DNA of 45,930 bases from Oscillospiraceae bacterium (GTDB taxonomy: Bacteria > Bacillota > Clostridia > Oscillospirales > Oscillospiraceae), in assembly GCA_902779695.1 (NCBI GenBank), contig CACZCL010000013.1, positions 1 through 45,930 on the forward strand, read 5' to 3'. This document shows, one piece after another, positions 8,356 through 17,352 of the stretch (the stretch's first letter is position 1; each line of letters opens with the position of its first letter). The notes beneath the pieces are model-generated. The model saw only the letters and a program-made list of their open reading frames with translations. It made no database searches and was not told the origin of the DNA. The position numbers and the translations under genes are program-made.

Positions 8356-8406
8356 ATTATACATGGACTTGCCCTCTTGCGCAAGTGCGGCGGTTTATGG
8401 TATCAT
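8356..8406. promoter_or_regulatory. Overlapping divergent sigma-A promoters sharing a palindromic -35 region
   Basis: CTTGCGCAAG palindrome; minus strand TTGCGC-17-TATAAT, plus strand TTGCGC-18-TATCAT (TG-extended). Confidence 0.55.
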
Positions 8407-8433
8407 CAAGCAAAGTCAGAAGGGGGCGCGCGC

Positions 8434-9300
8434 GTGCTGAAAAAAGCCTATGTCGAGATCACGAACCGGTGCAATCTGCGCTGCGCGTTCTGCCCCGGGA
8501 CGGCGCGCGCGCCGCGGGACATGGCGCCGGAGGAATTCGCCCTCGTGCTGGACAAGCTGCGCGGGCGCGTCGCATACGTCTATCCGCACCTCATGGGCGA
8601 GCCGCTGCTGCATCCGCGGCTGGAAACGCTGCTGGGCGCCGCCGCGGCGCGGGATATGCGCGTGTGCCTGACGACGAACGGCACGCTGCTGGGCGGACGC
8701 GCGGAGCTGCTGCTCGCCTCGCGCGCGCTCTACCGCGTCGCCGTGTCGCTGCACAGCGTCGAGCAGAACGGCGGCGACCCCGCCGCGGCGCGGGACTATC
8801 TGGAAGCCGTCTGGTCGTTCGCCGTCCGCGCGGCGCAGCAGGGCGTCATTTGCGCGCTGCGGCTGTGGAACGAGGGCGGCGGGGACGCCGGCAACGGCGC
8901 GATCCTCGCCTTCCTGCGCGAAAAGACCGGGCGCTCGGACTGGCCGGAGCCGCGCAGGCGCAGCTTCCTGCTGGGCGAAAACCTGTATCTGGAGCGGGAG
9001 GCGGCGTTCGTCTGGCCCGATCCGCGGGCGGCGGAGGCGCCGGTCGAGTTCTGCCGCGCGCTGCGCGAGCAGCTCGGCGTGCTCTCCGACGGCACCGTCG
9101 TTCCCTGCTGTCTGGACCGCGAGGGCGCTTTGGCGCTGGGGAACCTTTTTACGCAGGAGCTATCGGACGTTTTGGAAAGCCCGCGCGCCCGCGCGATCTA
9201 CGACGGGTTCTCCCGCCGCAGCCCCGCCGAGGCCCTCTGCCGCCGCTGCGGTTACGCCGCGCGCTTCAGCCTTGCGGCGGGGAAGGGGGCGCGGCGATGA
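8434..9300 (+). CDS. Radical SAM protein with SPASM/twitch domain
   Basis: EITNRCNLRCAFC (CxxxCxxC), GEPLLHP, TTNG; C-terminal DGTVVPCC..LGNL..LCRRC. Confidence 0.88.
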   Translation: MLKKAYVEITNRCNLRCAFCPGTARAPRDMAPEEFALVLDKLRGRVAYVYPHLMGEPLLHPRLETLLGAAAARDMRVCLTTNGTLLGGRAELLLASRALYRVAVSLHSVEQNGGDPAAARDYLEAVWSFAVRAAQQGVICALRLWNEGGGDAGNGAILAFLREKTGRSDWPEPRRRSFLLGENLYLEREAAFVWPDPRAAEAPVEFCRALREQLGVLSDGTVVPCCLDREGALALGNLFTQELSDVLESPRARAIYDGFSRRSPAEALCRRCGYAARFSLAAGKGARR

Positions 9301-10367
9301 CGGAGCATTGGGAAAATCTCGACCTGCTGCGCGAGCCGCTGCTGCGCTGGTACGCGACCCATCGCCGCGCGCTGCCGTGGCGCGACGCGCCGACGCCGTA
9401 TGAGACCTGGATCAGCGAGATCATGCTCCAACAGACGCGCGTCGGCGCGGTGCTGCCGTATTACGAGCGCTTTCTGCGCGAGCTGCCCGACGCGCGCGCG
9501 CTCGCGGCGGTATCCGAGCAGCGGCTTTTCAAGCTCTGGGAGGGGCTGGGCTATTACTCCCGCGCGCGCAATCTGCGCCGCGCGGCGCAGATCGTCGCGG
9601 ACGAATACGGCGGGGAGCTGCCGCGCGAGTATGCGGCGCTCAAAGCCCTGCCCGGCATCGGCGATTATACGGCGAGCGCGATCGCGTCCATCCACTTCGG
9701 CGCGCCGGAGCCGGCGGTGGACGGAAACCTGCTGCGGGTCACGGCGCGCCTTTGCGGCTGCGCGGAGGACGTGACGGACGCGCGCGTGAAAAGGCGCTTC
9801 CGGGACGCGCTCTCCGCCGCCATCGACCGCGAAAGCCCCGGCGCGTGGAACCAGGCGATGATGGATCTCGGCGCGACGGTGTGCCTGCCGAACGGCGCGC
9901 CGCTGTGCGCGCGCTGCCCCGCGCTGCCGTTCTGCGCGGCGTATCGCGCGGGCATGGCGGAGCGGCTGCCCGTGCGCGCGGAAAAGAAGGCGCGCCGCGC
10001 CGAGGAGCGCACGGTGTTCCTGCTGCGGCGCGGCAATGCCCTCGCCGTGCGGCGGCGGCCGGACAAGGGGCTTCTCGCGGGGCTGAACGAGCTGCCAAAC
10101 GCGGCGGGCAGCCTCGACGAAGCGGGCGCGCGCCTCGTGCTGGCGCAGTGGGGGCTGACGCCGCTGCGCCTCGCGCCCTGCGGCACGGCGAAGCACGTCT
10201 TTACCCACGTCGAATGGCAGATGAAGGGCTTTTCGGCGGAGGTGGCGGGCGAGGGCGAGGGCTTTCGCTGGGCGGACGCGGCGGAGCTGGAGGCGCTGGC
10301 GATCCCCAGCGCGTTCCGTTTTTTCACCGCGCAGGCGCGCAAGCTGCTCCGATCCGGAGAAGCATGA
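9297..10367 (+). CDS. mutY: A/G-specific adenine DNA glycosylase
   Basis: LPWR, SEIMLQQT, WEGLGYYSRARN, HhH LPGIGDYTA, VDGN, Fe-S CxxxxxxCxxCxxxxxC and HVFTH. Confidence 0.95.
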   Translation: MTEHWENLDLLREPLLRWYATHRRALPWRDAPTPYETWISEIMLQQTRVGAVLPYYERFLRELPDARALAAVSEQRLFKLWEGLGYYSRARNLRRAAQIVADEYGGELPREYAALKALPGIGDYTASAIASIHFGAPEPAVDGNLLRVTARLCGCAEDVTDARVKRRFRDALSAAIDRESPGAWNQAMMDLGATVCLPNGAPLCARCPALPFCAAYRAGMAERLPVRAEKKARRAEERTVFLLRRGNALAVRRRPDKGLLAGLNELPNAAGSLDEAGARLVLAQWGLTPLRLAPCGTAKHVFTHVEWQMKGFSAEVAGEGEGFRWADAAELEALAIPSAFRFFTAQARKLLRSGEA

Positions 10368-10407
10368 TCCCAGTCCGCCTTCGGTCGGCTGAAAGGAGTA
10401 ATCACAA

Positions 10408-10989
10408 ATGGCTCAACTGTACTTCAAGTATGGGGCGATGGGCTCCAGCAAGACCGCCAACGCGCTGATGACGCGCTTCAACTACGAAGAGCGCGGACAG
10501 AAGACGCTGCTCGTCAAGCCGCAGCTCGACACGCGCGACGGCGACCACATGGTCCACTCCCGCATCGGGCTGGAGTATCCGTGCGTCTACTTCCATGAGA
10601 TGCGCGCGCTGCCGGAGGAGGAGCTGAAGCAAAACGCCTGCATCATCGTCGACGAGGCGCAGTTCCTCACGCGGGAGGAGGTCATGTACCTCGTGCATCT
10701 GGTGGACGAGTGCGGCATCCCCGTCATCTGCTACGGGCTGCGCGCCGACTTCCGCGGCGAGCTGTTCCCCGGCAGCTACGAGCTGCTGGTCATGGCGGAC
10801 AAGCTGGAGGAGGTCAAGACCATCTGCTGGTGCGGCAAGAAGGCGACGTTCAACGCGCGCTTCGATTCGGACGGCAACGTGCTCAAGGAGGGCGCGCAGG
10901 TCGTTTTGGGCGCGAACGACAAGTACATCGGCCTGTGCCGCAGGCATTGGGCGCAGGGCAACCTCGGGCCGGATTTCCGAAAGAAGTGA
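10408..10989 (+). CDS. tdk: Thymidine kinase
   Basis: YGAMGSSKT P-loop, DEAQF, YGLRADF, C-terminal Zn-binding Cys. Confidence 0.93.
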   Translation: MAQLYFKYGAMGSSKTANALMTRFNYEERGQKTLLVKPQLDTRDGDHMVHSRIGLEYPCVYFHEMRALPEEELKQNACIIVDEAQFLTREEVMYLVHLVDECGIPVICYGLRADFRGELFPGSYELLVMADKLEEVKTICWCGKKATFNARFDSDGNVLKEGAQVVLGANDKYIGLCRRHWAQGNLGPDFRKK

Positions 10990-11858
10990 TCTGTAATATC
11001 TGCCCCAGAATGTGCGGCGCGGAACGCACGGCGGAGCGCGGCGCGGGCTTTTGCGCCATGCCCGCCGGCATCGTCGCGGCGAAGGCGATGCTGCACTTCT
11101 GGGAGGAGCCGTGCCTCTCCGGCACGCGGGGCGCGGGCTGCGTGTTCTTCTCCGGCTGCAACCTCGGCTGCGTCTACTGCCAGAACCGCGCGATCAGCCG
11201 CGGCGGCTTCGGCGCGCCGCTCACGCCCGCGCGGCTGCGGGAGATCATGGATGCGCTGATCGCGCGGGGCGCGCACTGCATCGACCTCGTGACGCCGACG
11301 CACTTCACCCCCTGGATCGCCGAGGCGCTGGACCCTCCGCTGCCGGTGCCCGTGGTCTGGAACTGCGGCGGATACGAGCGCGTCGAAACGCTGCGCGCGC
11401 TGGAGGGAAAGGTGCAGATCTACCTGCCCGACCTCAAATACGCCGACGGCGCCCTCGCCGGCGAGCTGTCCGGCGCGCCGGACTACTTTGAAACGGCGTG
11501 CGCCGCCGTGGACGAGATGTACCGGCAGACGGGGCCGTACCGCATGGGGAAAAACGGCCTGCTGCAAAGCGGCGTGCTGCTGCGCCACCTGCTGCTGCCG
11601 GGACGGCTGGAGGACGCGAAGCGCGTGATCGACTATATCGCGCGGCGCTTCGCCCCCGGCGAGGTGCTGTTCTCGCTCATGCGCCAGTACACGCCGCAGC
11701 CCGGCGCGACGGGCGCGATGGCGCGGCGCGTGGCGGGCGCGGAGTATCGCGCGGCGGTCGAATACATGGCTTCCTGCGGCGTCACGGACGGCTTCGTGCA
11801 GGAAAAGAGCAGCGCGCGCGAGGAATACACGCCCGCGTTCGACCTCGGCGGGCTTTGA
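10986..11858 (+). CDS. PflX-like radical SAM protein
   Basis: CNICPRMCG, HFWEEPCLSG, FSGCNLGCVYCQN, YLPDLKY, RHLLLPG; GTG start overlaps the tdk stop. Confidence 0.85.
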   Translation: MICNICPRMCGAERTAERGAGFCAMPAGIVAAKAMLHFWEEPCLSGTRGAGCVFFSGCNLGCVYCQNRAISRGGFGAPLTPARLREIMDALIARGAHCIDLVTPTHFTPWIAEALDPPLPVPVVWNCGGYERVETLRALEGKVQIYLPDLKYADGALAGELSGAPDYFETACAAVDEMYRQTGPYRMGKNGLLQSGVLLRHLLLPGRLEDAKRVIDYIARRFAPGEVLFSLMRQYTPQPGATGAMARRVAGAEYRAAVEYMASCGVTDGFVQEKSSAREEYTPAFDLGGL

Positions 11859-11883
11859 TACGATTTGAAAGGGAGGCTTGCGC

Positions 11884-12366
11884 ATGGGACGCATCAGCAA
11901 GGACAACTATTACCTCGACATCGCGCAGACGGTGCTGGAGCGGGCGACCTGTCTGCGGCGGGTCTACGGCGCGATCATCGTCAAAAACGACGAGATCATC
12001 TCCACCGGCTACAACGGCGCGCCCCGCGGGCGCAAGAACTGCGTCGACCTCGGCTTTTGCGCGCGCGAGGCGATGAACGTCCCCCGGGGCGAGCGCTACG
12101 AGCTGTGCCGCAGCGTCCACGCCGAGGCGAACGCGATCATCTCCGCCTCGCGGCGCGACATGGCAGGCGGCACGATCTACCTCGTCGGGCGCGACGCGCG
12201 GACCGGCGCGCTGCTGGGCGACGCGACCTCCTGCTCGATGTGCCGGCGGCAGATCATCAACGCGGGGCTTGCGCGCGTCGTCATCCGCCGCACGCCGGAG
12301 GAGTTCGAGGTCGTGGACGTGCGGGAGTGGATCGACGCTGACGATTCCCTGCCGGAGCTGACGTGA
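11884..12366 (+). CDS. dCMP deaminase / ComEB-family deaminase
   Basis: STGYNGAPRG, HAEANA and CSMC Zn motifs. Confidence 0.9.
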   Translation: MGRISKDNYYLDIAQTVLERATCLRRVYGAIIVKNDEIISTGYNGAPRGRKNCVDLGFCAREAMNVPRGERYELCRSVHAEANAIISASRRDMAGGTIYLVGRDARTGALLGDATSCSMCRRQIINAGLARVVIRRTPEEFEVVDVREWIDADDSLPELT

Positions 12367-12384
12367 TAGCGGAGCGAATAAAAC

Positions 12385-12408
12385 GAGGGCAGCCTTTCGG
12401 CTGCCCTC
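12385..12408. terminator. Terminator between convergent genes
   Basis: GAGGGCAGCC-TTTC-GGCTGCCCTC perfect stem. Confidence 0.65.
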
Positions 12409-12426
12409 TTCTGATCGTCTGGTATT

Positions 12427-13578
12427 TTACCGCTCGCGGAAGAACGCCTCAATCTCGGCGCGGGTACACGCCGCGCTGCCCTGCACGAAAAACGGCTTGC
12501 CGCCGCCGCGCCCGCGCAGCGCCGCGTTGAGCGCGCGCGTCAGCTCGCGCAGGTCTCCCTCCGGCTCGCCCAGCGCGTATTTCCAAGCGCCGTCGGCGCC
12601 GGCGAACACCGCGCAGCGCCCGCCGCAGACATTCGCCACCGCGTCGCAGAGCTTGCGCACGCTCTCCGGCGACATATCCTCCTCGAACAGCAGCACGTCC
12701 CCCTCGCCGGCAAGGCGCGAGGCGACCTGCGCGAACACGCTCGCCTCCAGCTTCGCCGCGCGCTGCTTGAGCGCGCCCAGCTCCGACGAGAGGCGCTCCA
12801 CCGCCGCCGCGCTCTCCGTCGGCTTCGCCGAGAGGGACTGCGCGACGTGCAGATTCTGCTCCCACACGGCGGCAAGATAGCGGTACGCCCGCGCGCCGCA
12901 CAAAAGCTCGATGCGAACGCCGTCCCGGAACTTCTGGCACGAGAGGAACTTCACCAGCCCCACCTGTCCGCTGCGCGCAACATGGGTGCCGCAGCAGGCG
13001 CAGCAGTCCGCGCCGGGGAAGGAGACGATGCGCACGTCGCCGTCCAGCGGCTTCTTGCTGCGGTACTCCACCGCCTCCAGCGCCGCGCCGCGATAGAAGT
13101 TGATCTCAATGGCGTGATCCTCATAGAGATAGGCGTTGGCGCGCCGTTCTATCTCCATGAGGCCGTCCCAGTCTATCTCGGCGTTAAAGTCGATGGTCAC
13201 GCTCTCCGCGCCTATGTGGAAGCCCACGTTGTCGCACTTCCAGCGCGCGCAGATCATGCCCGAGCAGATATGCTCGCCCGAGTGCTGCTGCATATGGTCG
13301 AAGCGCCGCGCCCAGTCGATCTCGCCGCGCACCGTCGCGTCCGGCTCCAGCGGAGCGTCGCACAGATGGACGATCGCGCCGCCCTTCTCGTGCACGTCCA
13401 GCACCCGCGCGCCGCCCAGCGCGCCGTGGTCGGCGGGCTGGCCGCCGCCCTCGGGATAGAACGCTGTCCGATCCAGCGCGACGGCAAAGCCGCCCTTCGT
13501 CTCCTCGCAGGAGAGGACGTGGGCGGTGAACTCCCGCAGATACGGATCGTCGTAGTATAGCTTTTTCGTTTCCATCAT
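12427..13578 (-). CDS. Alanyl-tRNA editing protein, long form (AlaX-L with DHHA1 domain)
   Basis: TAFYPEGGGQPAD, HMQQHSGEH, CCGTH, C-terminal GRGGG. Confidence 0.9.
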   Translation of the reverse strand: MMETKKLYYDDPYLREFTAHVLSCEETKGGFAVALDRTAFYPEGGGQPADHGALGGARVLDVHEKGGAIVHLCDAPLEPDATVRGEIDWARRFDHMQQHSGEHICSGMICARWKCDNVGFHIGAESVTIDFNAEIDWDGLMEIERRANAYLYEDHAIEINFYRGAALEAVEYRSKKPLDGDVRIVSFPGADCCACCGTHVARSGQVGLVKFLSCQKFRDGVRIELLCGARAYRYLAAVWEQNLHVAQSLSAKPTESAAAVERLSSELGALKQRAAKLEASVFAQVASRLAGEGDVLLFEEDMSPESVRKLCDAVANVCGGRCAVFAGADGAWKYALGEPEGDLRELTRALNAALRGRGGGKPFFVQGSAACTRAEIEAFFRER

Positions 13579-14879
13579 GCGGCGCCCTCCGTTTCCCGTG
13601 GTATCTGGAACCGCGCGCTTTTGGCGCGCAGCACCCGCAGACAGGCCTCGTCGATCACGCTCTCGTCCAGCGTGCCGTCCGCCACCGCGTCCAGCACCTG
13701 CGCGATCTGCGCGGCAAAGTCGGCGGTCACGAGCATATCGTTGCCCGCCTTGAGCGCCAGCACCGCGACGCTGCCGTCCCCGGCGTACGCCTTGACCGCG
13801 CTCATGCTGAGATCGTCGGTCAGCACCACGCCGTCGAAGCCCAGCTCTCCGCGCAGGAGCTCATGCACGGCGGGGGAGAGCGACGCCGGCAACTCGGGGT
13901 CCATGCACGTTACGATGTTGTGCGACACCAGCACGAACGGCGCGACCTTCGTATTTGCCCGGATACCCGCGAGGAAGGGGAGAAAATCGCTGTTGCGGAA
14001 CGTCTCGATGGGGCGCTCGTCGACGGCGATGCCGGTGTGCGTGTCCACGTTGTTCCCGTAGCCGGGGAAGTGCTTCAGAACGCTCCCCATGCCCGCGTCG
14101 CCCATCACCAGCTCGACGCCGGCGACGTACGCCATCGTTTCGGCGGCATTTTTGCCGAAGCTGCGCTCGTAGATAAAATCGCCCGGATCGGTGGACACGT
14201 CGCACACGGGCGCGAAGTTGACGTTGACGCCCAGCTCGTGCAGCAGGTAGCTCTTCTGCGCCGCGTCGTTCAAAATCGCGCCCATCCCGCCCTCGGCGTA
14301 GAGCGCCTGCGGCGAGCGGGACACGGCGGGGAACAGGTTCGGGTTCCGGCTCGCGCGGGTGACGGTGCCGCCCTCCTCGTCGGAGCCGATGAACAGGGGA
14401 ATGCCCGTGTCGTACGCCGCCGCCGTCTGATAGGTCGCAAGCTTCGCCGCCATGTCGTCCCACGTCAGCCACTCGCCCGCGTCGTTCCGATAGTCCCGCG
14501 TGAACAGCAGCACGCCGCCGAGATGGTACCGCGCGATCTCATCCGCCATGCCGCTGCCGGAGCATTGCACAAAAAACAGCTGCCCGACCTTCTCCGCAAG
14601 GCTCATGCCGTCGAGCAGTTCCCGCGCCCTCGCCTCCTGCCGGGCGGCGAGCGCCTGCCGCTCCCGCGCCGCCGCCTCCTCGGGCGAAAGGCCCTCCTCC
14701 GGCGCTTCCTCCGCCGCGCCGTCCGCTTTGGGCGACTGCTCCGGCAGATAGCGCGGCTCCTTCGGCGTCTCCTCCGCCGGCGGCTCCGGCTGCGGTTCCG
14801 GCGCGACTTCTTGACGCCCGCCGCAAGCGGCGAGCGTCAAAAGTAAGCCGATCAACAGCAAGGCTGCGATGCGCTTCAT
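13575..14879 (-). CDS. GH3 beta-N-acetylhexosaminidase (NagZ-like) lipoprotein
   Basis: Lipobox LTLAAC, DEEGG, KHFPGYG...DTH dyad, TDDLSM nucleophile. Confidence 0.88.
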   Translation of the reverse strand: MKRIAALLLIGLLLTLAACGGRQEVAPEPQPEPPAEETPKEPRYLPEQSPKADGAAEEAPEEGLSPEEAAARERQALAARQEARARELLDGMSLAEKVGQLFFVQCSGSGMADEIARYHLGGVLLFTRDYRNDAGEWLTWDDMAAKLATYQTAAAYDTGIPLFIGSDEEGGTVTRASRNPNLFPAVSRSPQALYAEGGMGAILNDAAQKSYLLHELGVNVNFAPVCDVSTDPGDFIYERSFGKNAAETMAYVAGVELVMGDAGMGSVLKHFPGYGNNVDTHTGIAVDERPIETFRNSDFLPFLAGIRANTKVAPFVLVSHNIVTCMDPELPASLSPAVHELLRGELGFDGVVLTDDLSMSAVKAYAGDGSVAVLALKAGNDMLVTADFAAQIAQVLDAVADGTLDESVIDEACLRVLRAKSARFQIPRETEGAA

Positions 14880-16642
14880 TCGTCCTCCTTCGCGGTGACG
14901 GCGATGTGCAGCTCGTCGAGCTGCTTTTGGGTGACCTCGCTCGGCGCGCCCATCATCACGTCCTGCGCGTTTTTGTTCATCGGGAAGGGGATGATCTCGC
15001 GGATGGAATCCTCGCCCGCGAGCAGCATCACCATGCGGTCGACGCCCGGGGCGATGCCCGCGTGGGGCGGCGCGCCGTAGCAGAACGCGTTGTACATGGC
15101 GGGGAACTTCGCCTTGACGTCCTCCTCGCCGAGGCGCACCAGCTCAAACGCCTTGACCATGATCTCGGGATCGTGATTGCGCACCGCGCCGGAGGAAAGC
15201 TCCACGCCGTTGCACACCAGATCGTACTGGTCCGCCATGATCGTGAGCGGGTCGATCTCGCCGCGCTCCGCGCGCAGCAGCACGTCCAGCCCGCCCTTGG
15301 GCATCGAAAACGGATTGTGGCAGAACTCCAGCTCGCCGCTCTCGTCGCCGATCTCGTACATCGGGAAATCGGTGATCCAGCAGAACTCGTAGCGCTCCTT
15401 GTCCATGTGCCCCGCGCACTCGCGCCCGAAGGTCTTGATCTCCACGCCGGCCATCTTGGTCGCAAGCTCGCCCGCGGCGAGCACCACCAGCGTGTTCGGC
15501 GCAAGCGAGAGCTGCGCCTTCGCCTTCTCCGCGTCCACGAACTTCGCGACGCCGCCCGCGAGCGCGCCCGCCTCGTCGGTCTTGAACCAATAGCCCTTCG
15601 CGCCGCTTTGCACCTCGCAGTCGGCAAGCAGCTTTTCGATCTGCTTGCGCGTGAGCGCGCAGTCGGAAATCGCCACCGCCTTGACGGTCTTGTCCCGGAA
15701 CGGCTCGAACTCCGTGCCGGCAAACAGCGCCGTGACGTCCCGCGCCGTCAGGTCGATGCGAAGGTCCGGCTTGTCTGTGCCGTAGGTCTCCAGCGCGTCG
15801 AGATAGGCGATGCGGCGAAACGGCGGGCGGGAGGCGACGTCGTACTTGCCGTACTTGGCGAAGATCGGCGGCAGCACATCCTCGCAGATCGCAAACACGT
15901 CCTCCTGCGTGGCGAACGCCATCTCCATGTCGAGCTGATAGAACTCGCCGGGGGAGCGGTCGCCGCGGGCGTCCTCGTCGCGGAAGCACGGCGCGATCTG
16001 GAAGTAGCGGTCAAAGCCGGAGGTCATCAGCAGCTGCTTGAACTGCTGCGGCGCCTGCGGCAGGGCGTAGAACTTGCCGGGATGCTTGCGCGCCGGCACC
16101 AGATAGTCGCGCGCGCCCTCGGGGGACGACGCGGTCAGGATCGGGGTGGTGATCTCCAGGAAGTCGTGCGCGAGCATCGCCGCGCGCAGCGCCGCGATCA
16201 CGTTGCAGCGCAGGATGATGTTCGCCTTGACCGCGGGATTGCGCAGGTCGAGATAGCGGTACTTGAGGCGGAACGTCTCATCCGCCTCGCGGGAGCGGTT
16301 GATCTCGAACGGCAGCTCATTGTAGCGGCAGCGGCCGAGCAGCTCGATCCGCTCCGGCACGATCTCGATGTCGCCGGTGGGCTGCTTGGGGTTTTTGCTC
16401 GCGCGCTCGCGCACGGCGCCCTCGACGCTGATGGTGGATTCCTTGTTATAGCCCTTGATCTGCGCGAGCAGCGCCGCGTCCTCCACGACGACCTGCGTCG
16501 TGCCGTAGAAGTCGCGCAGCACGAGAAAGGCGAGATTCCCGCCGACCTCGCGCACATTCTCCATCCAGCCCACGAGCTTGACGTGCTCGCCGGCGTTCGT
16601 AAGCCGAAGCTCATTGCAAGTATGGGTACGTGACTGCATCAT
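14876..16642 (-). CDS. aspS: Aspartate--tRNA ligase
   Basis: RTHTC, LRDFYG, PEGARDY, LPQAPQQFKQLLM, CFRDED, PPHAGIAPG. Confidence 0.97.
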   Translation of the reverse strand: MMQSRTHTCNELRLTNAGEHVKLVGWMENVREVGGNLAFLVLRDFYGTTQVVVEDAALLAQIKGYNKESTISVEGAVRERASKNPKQPTGDIEIVPERIELLGRCRYNELPFEINRSREADETFRLKYRYLDLRNPAVKANIILRCNVIAALRAAMLAHDFLEITTPILTASSPEGARDYLVPARKHPGKFYALPQAPQQFKQLLMTSGFDRYFQIAPCFRDEDARGDRSPGEFYQLDMEMAFATQEDVFAICEDVLPPIFAKYGKYDVASRPPFRRIAYLDALETYGTDKPDLRIDLTARDVTALFAGTEFEPFRDKTVKAVAISDCALTRKQIEKLLADCEVQSGAKGYWFKTDEAGALAGGVAKFVDAEKAKAQLSLAPNTLVVLAAGELATKMAGVEIKTFGRECAGHMDKERYEFCWITDFPMYEIGDESGELEFCHNPFSMPKGGLDVLLRAERGEIDPLTIMADQYDLVCNGVELSSGAVRNHDPEIMVKAFELVRLGEEDVKAKFPAMYNAFCYGAPPHAGIAPGVDRMVMLLAGEDSIREIIPFPMNKNAQDVMMGAPSEVTQKQLDELHIAVTAKEDE

Positions 16643-16664
16643 GGTGTTTCCGTCTCCTCGGTAA

Positions 16665-16816
16665 TTTCGCGCCCGCAGGCGCGAAATGAATTTGATGCGT
16701 TTTTTCCGACGACATGCGCGTCGGAAAAACTCTTTGCGCGGAGCGTCCGTGCGCCTTCGGCGCGCGGGAAGCGCAGCGAAGCCTGTTCAAAAAAGAGGCG
16801 AAGCCTCTTTTTTGAA
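16665..16816. repeat. Dispersed four-hairpin structured repeat, copy 1
   Basis: Colinear, highly similar copy at 44141-44293; four internal inverted repeats. Confidence 0.85.
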
Positions 16817-16821
16817 GCGCG

Positions 16822-17238
16822 TTACGCCATAAACGGCTTCGTCTTCGGGTTCACGATGTCGCGCCAGTCAAGGTCGCCGCGGTTGAGCGCGAGGATCAGC
16901 GCCTCGGCGGTGCCGTTGTTCGTGGCGAAGGGGATGCGGTTCTGGTCGCACAGGCGCGCCATATAGGCGATGCTGTTGGCGTATTCCGGGCTGTTGGGGT
17001 CGTGGAAGTAGATTACGAGGTCGATCTCGTTGTACGCGATGCGCGCGCCGATCTGCTCGTCGCCGCCCTGCGCGCCGTTCATAAAGAGGTGGATGTTGAG
17101 ACCCGTCTGCTCCGAGATGACCTTCCCGGTGGTATTCGTCGCGCATAGCGTGTGGCGGGAAAGGATCCCGGCGTAGGCGGTGCAGAACTGCACCATCAGC
17201 TCTTTTCGGTTGTCGTGCGCGATCAATGCGATGTTCAT
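16822..17238 (-). CDS. mgsA: Methylglyoxal synthase family protein (divergent active-site loop)
   Basis: IALIAHD..K, ATNTTG, GGDEQIGA, HDP, PFATN. Confidence 0.85.
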   Translation of the reverse strand: MNIALIAHDNRKELMVQFCTAYAGILSRHTLCATNTTGKVISEQTGLNIHLFMNGAQGGDEQIGARIAYNEIDLVIYFHDPNSPEYANSIAYMARLCDQNRIPFATNNGTAEALILALNRGDLDWRDIVNPKTKPFMA

Positions 17239-17270
17239 TTTTTCCCTTTCTGCCGTATCGGCCGTCATGC

Positions 17271-17322
17271 CAATGCTTCCATGCCGCCGCCGAGCGCCCT
17301 CGGCGGCAGCATGGAGGCATTG
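17271..17322. other. 24-bp imperfect stem-loop between minD and mgsA
   Basis: CAATGCTTCCATGCCGCCGCCGAG-CGCC-CTCGGCGGCAGCATGGAGGCATTG, 22/24 Watson-Crick pairs, no U-tract. Confidence 0.7.
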
Positions 17323-17352
17323 CCGGGTTTCGGAATGCTTCCGTTTGTTCTT

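Noticed and set aside
16643-16821. T-box riboswitch upstream of aspS
   Set aside because: No T-box motif is visible, the terminator-like hairpin comes first rather than last, and the same element precedes rnhA.
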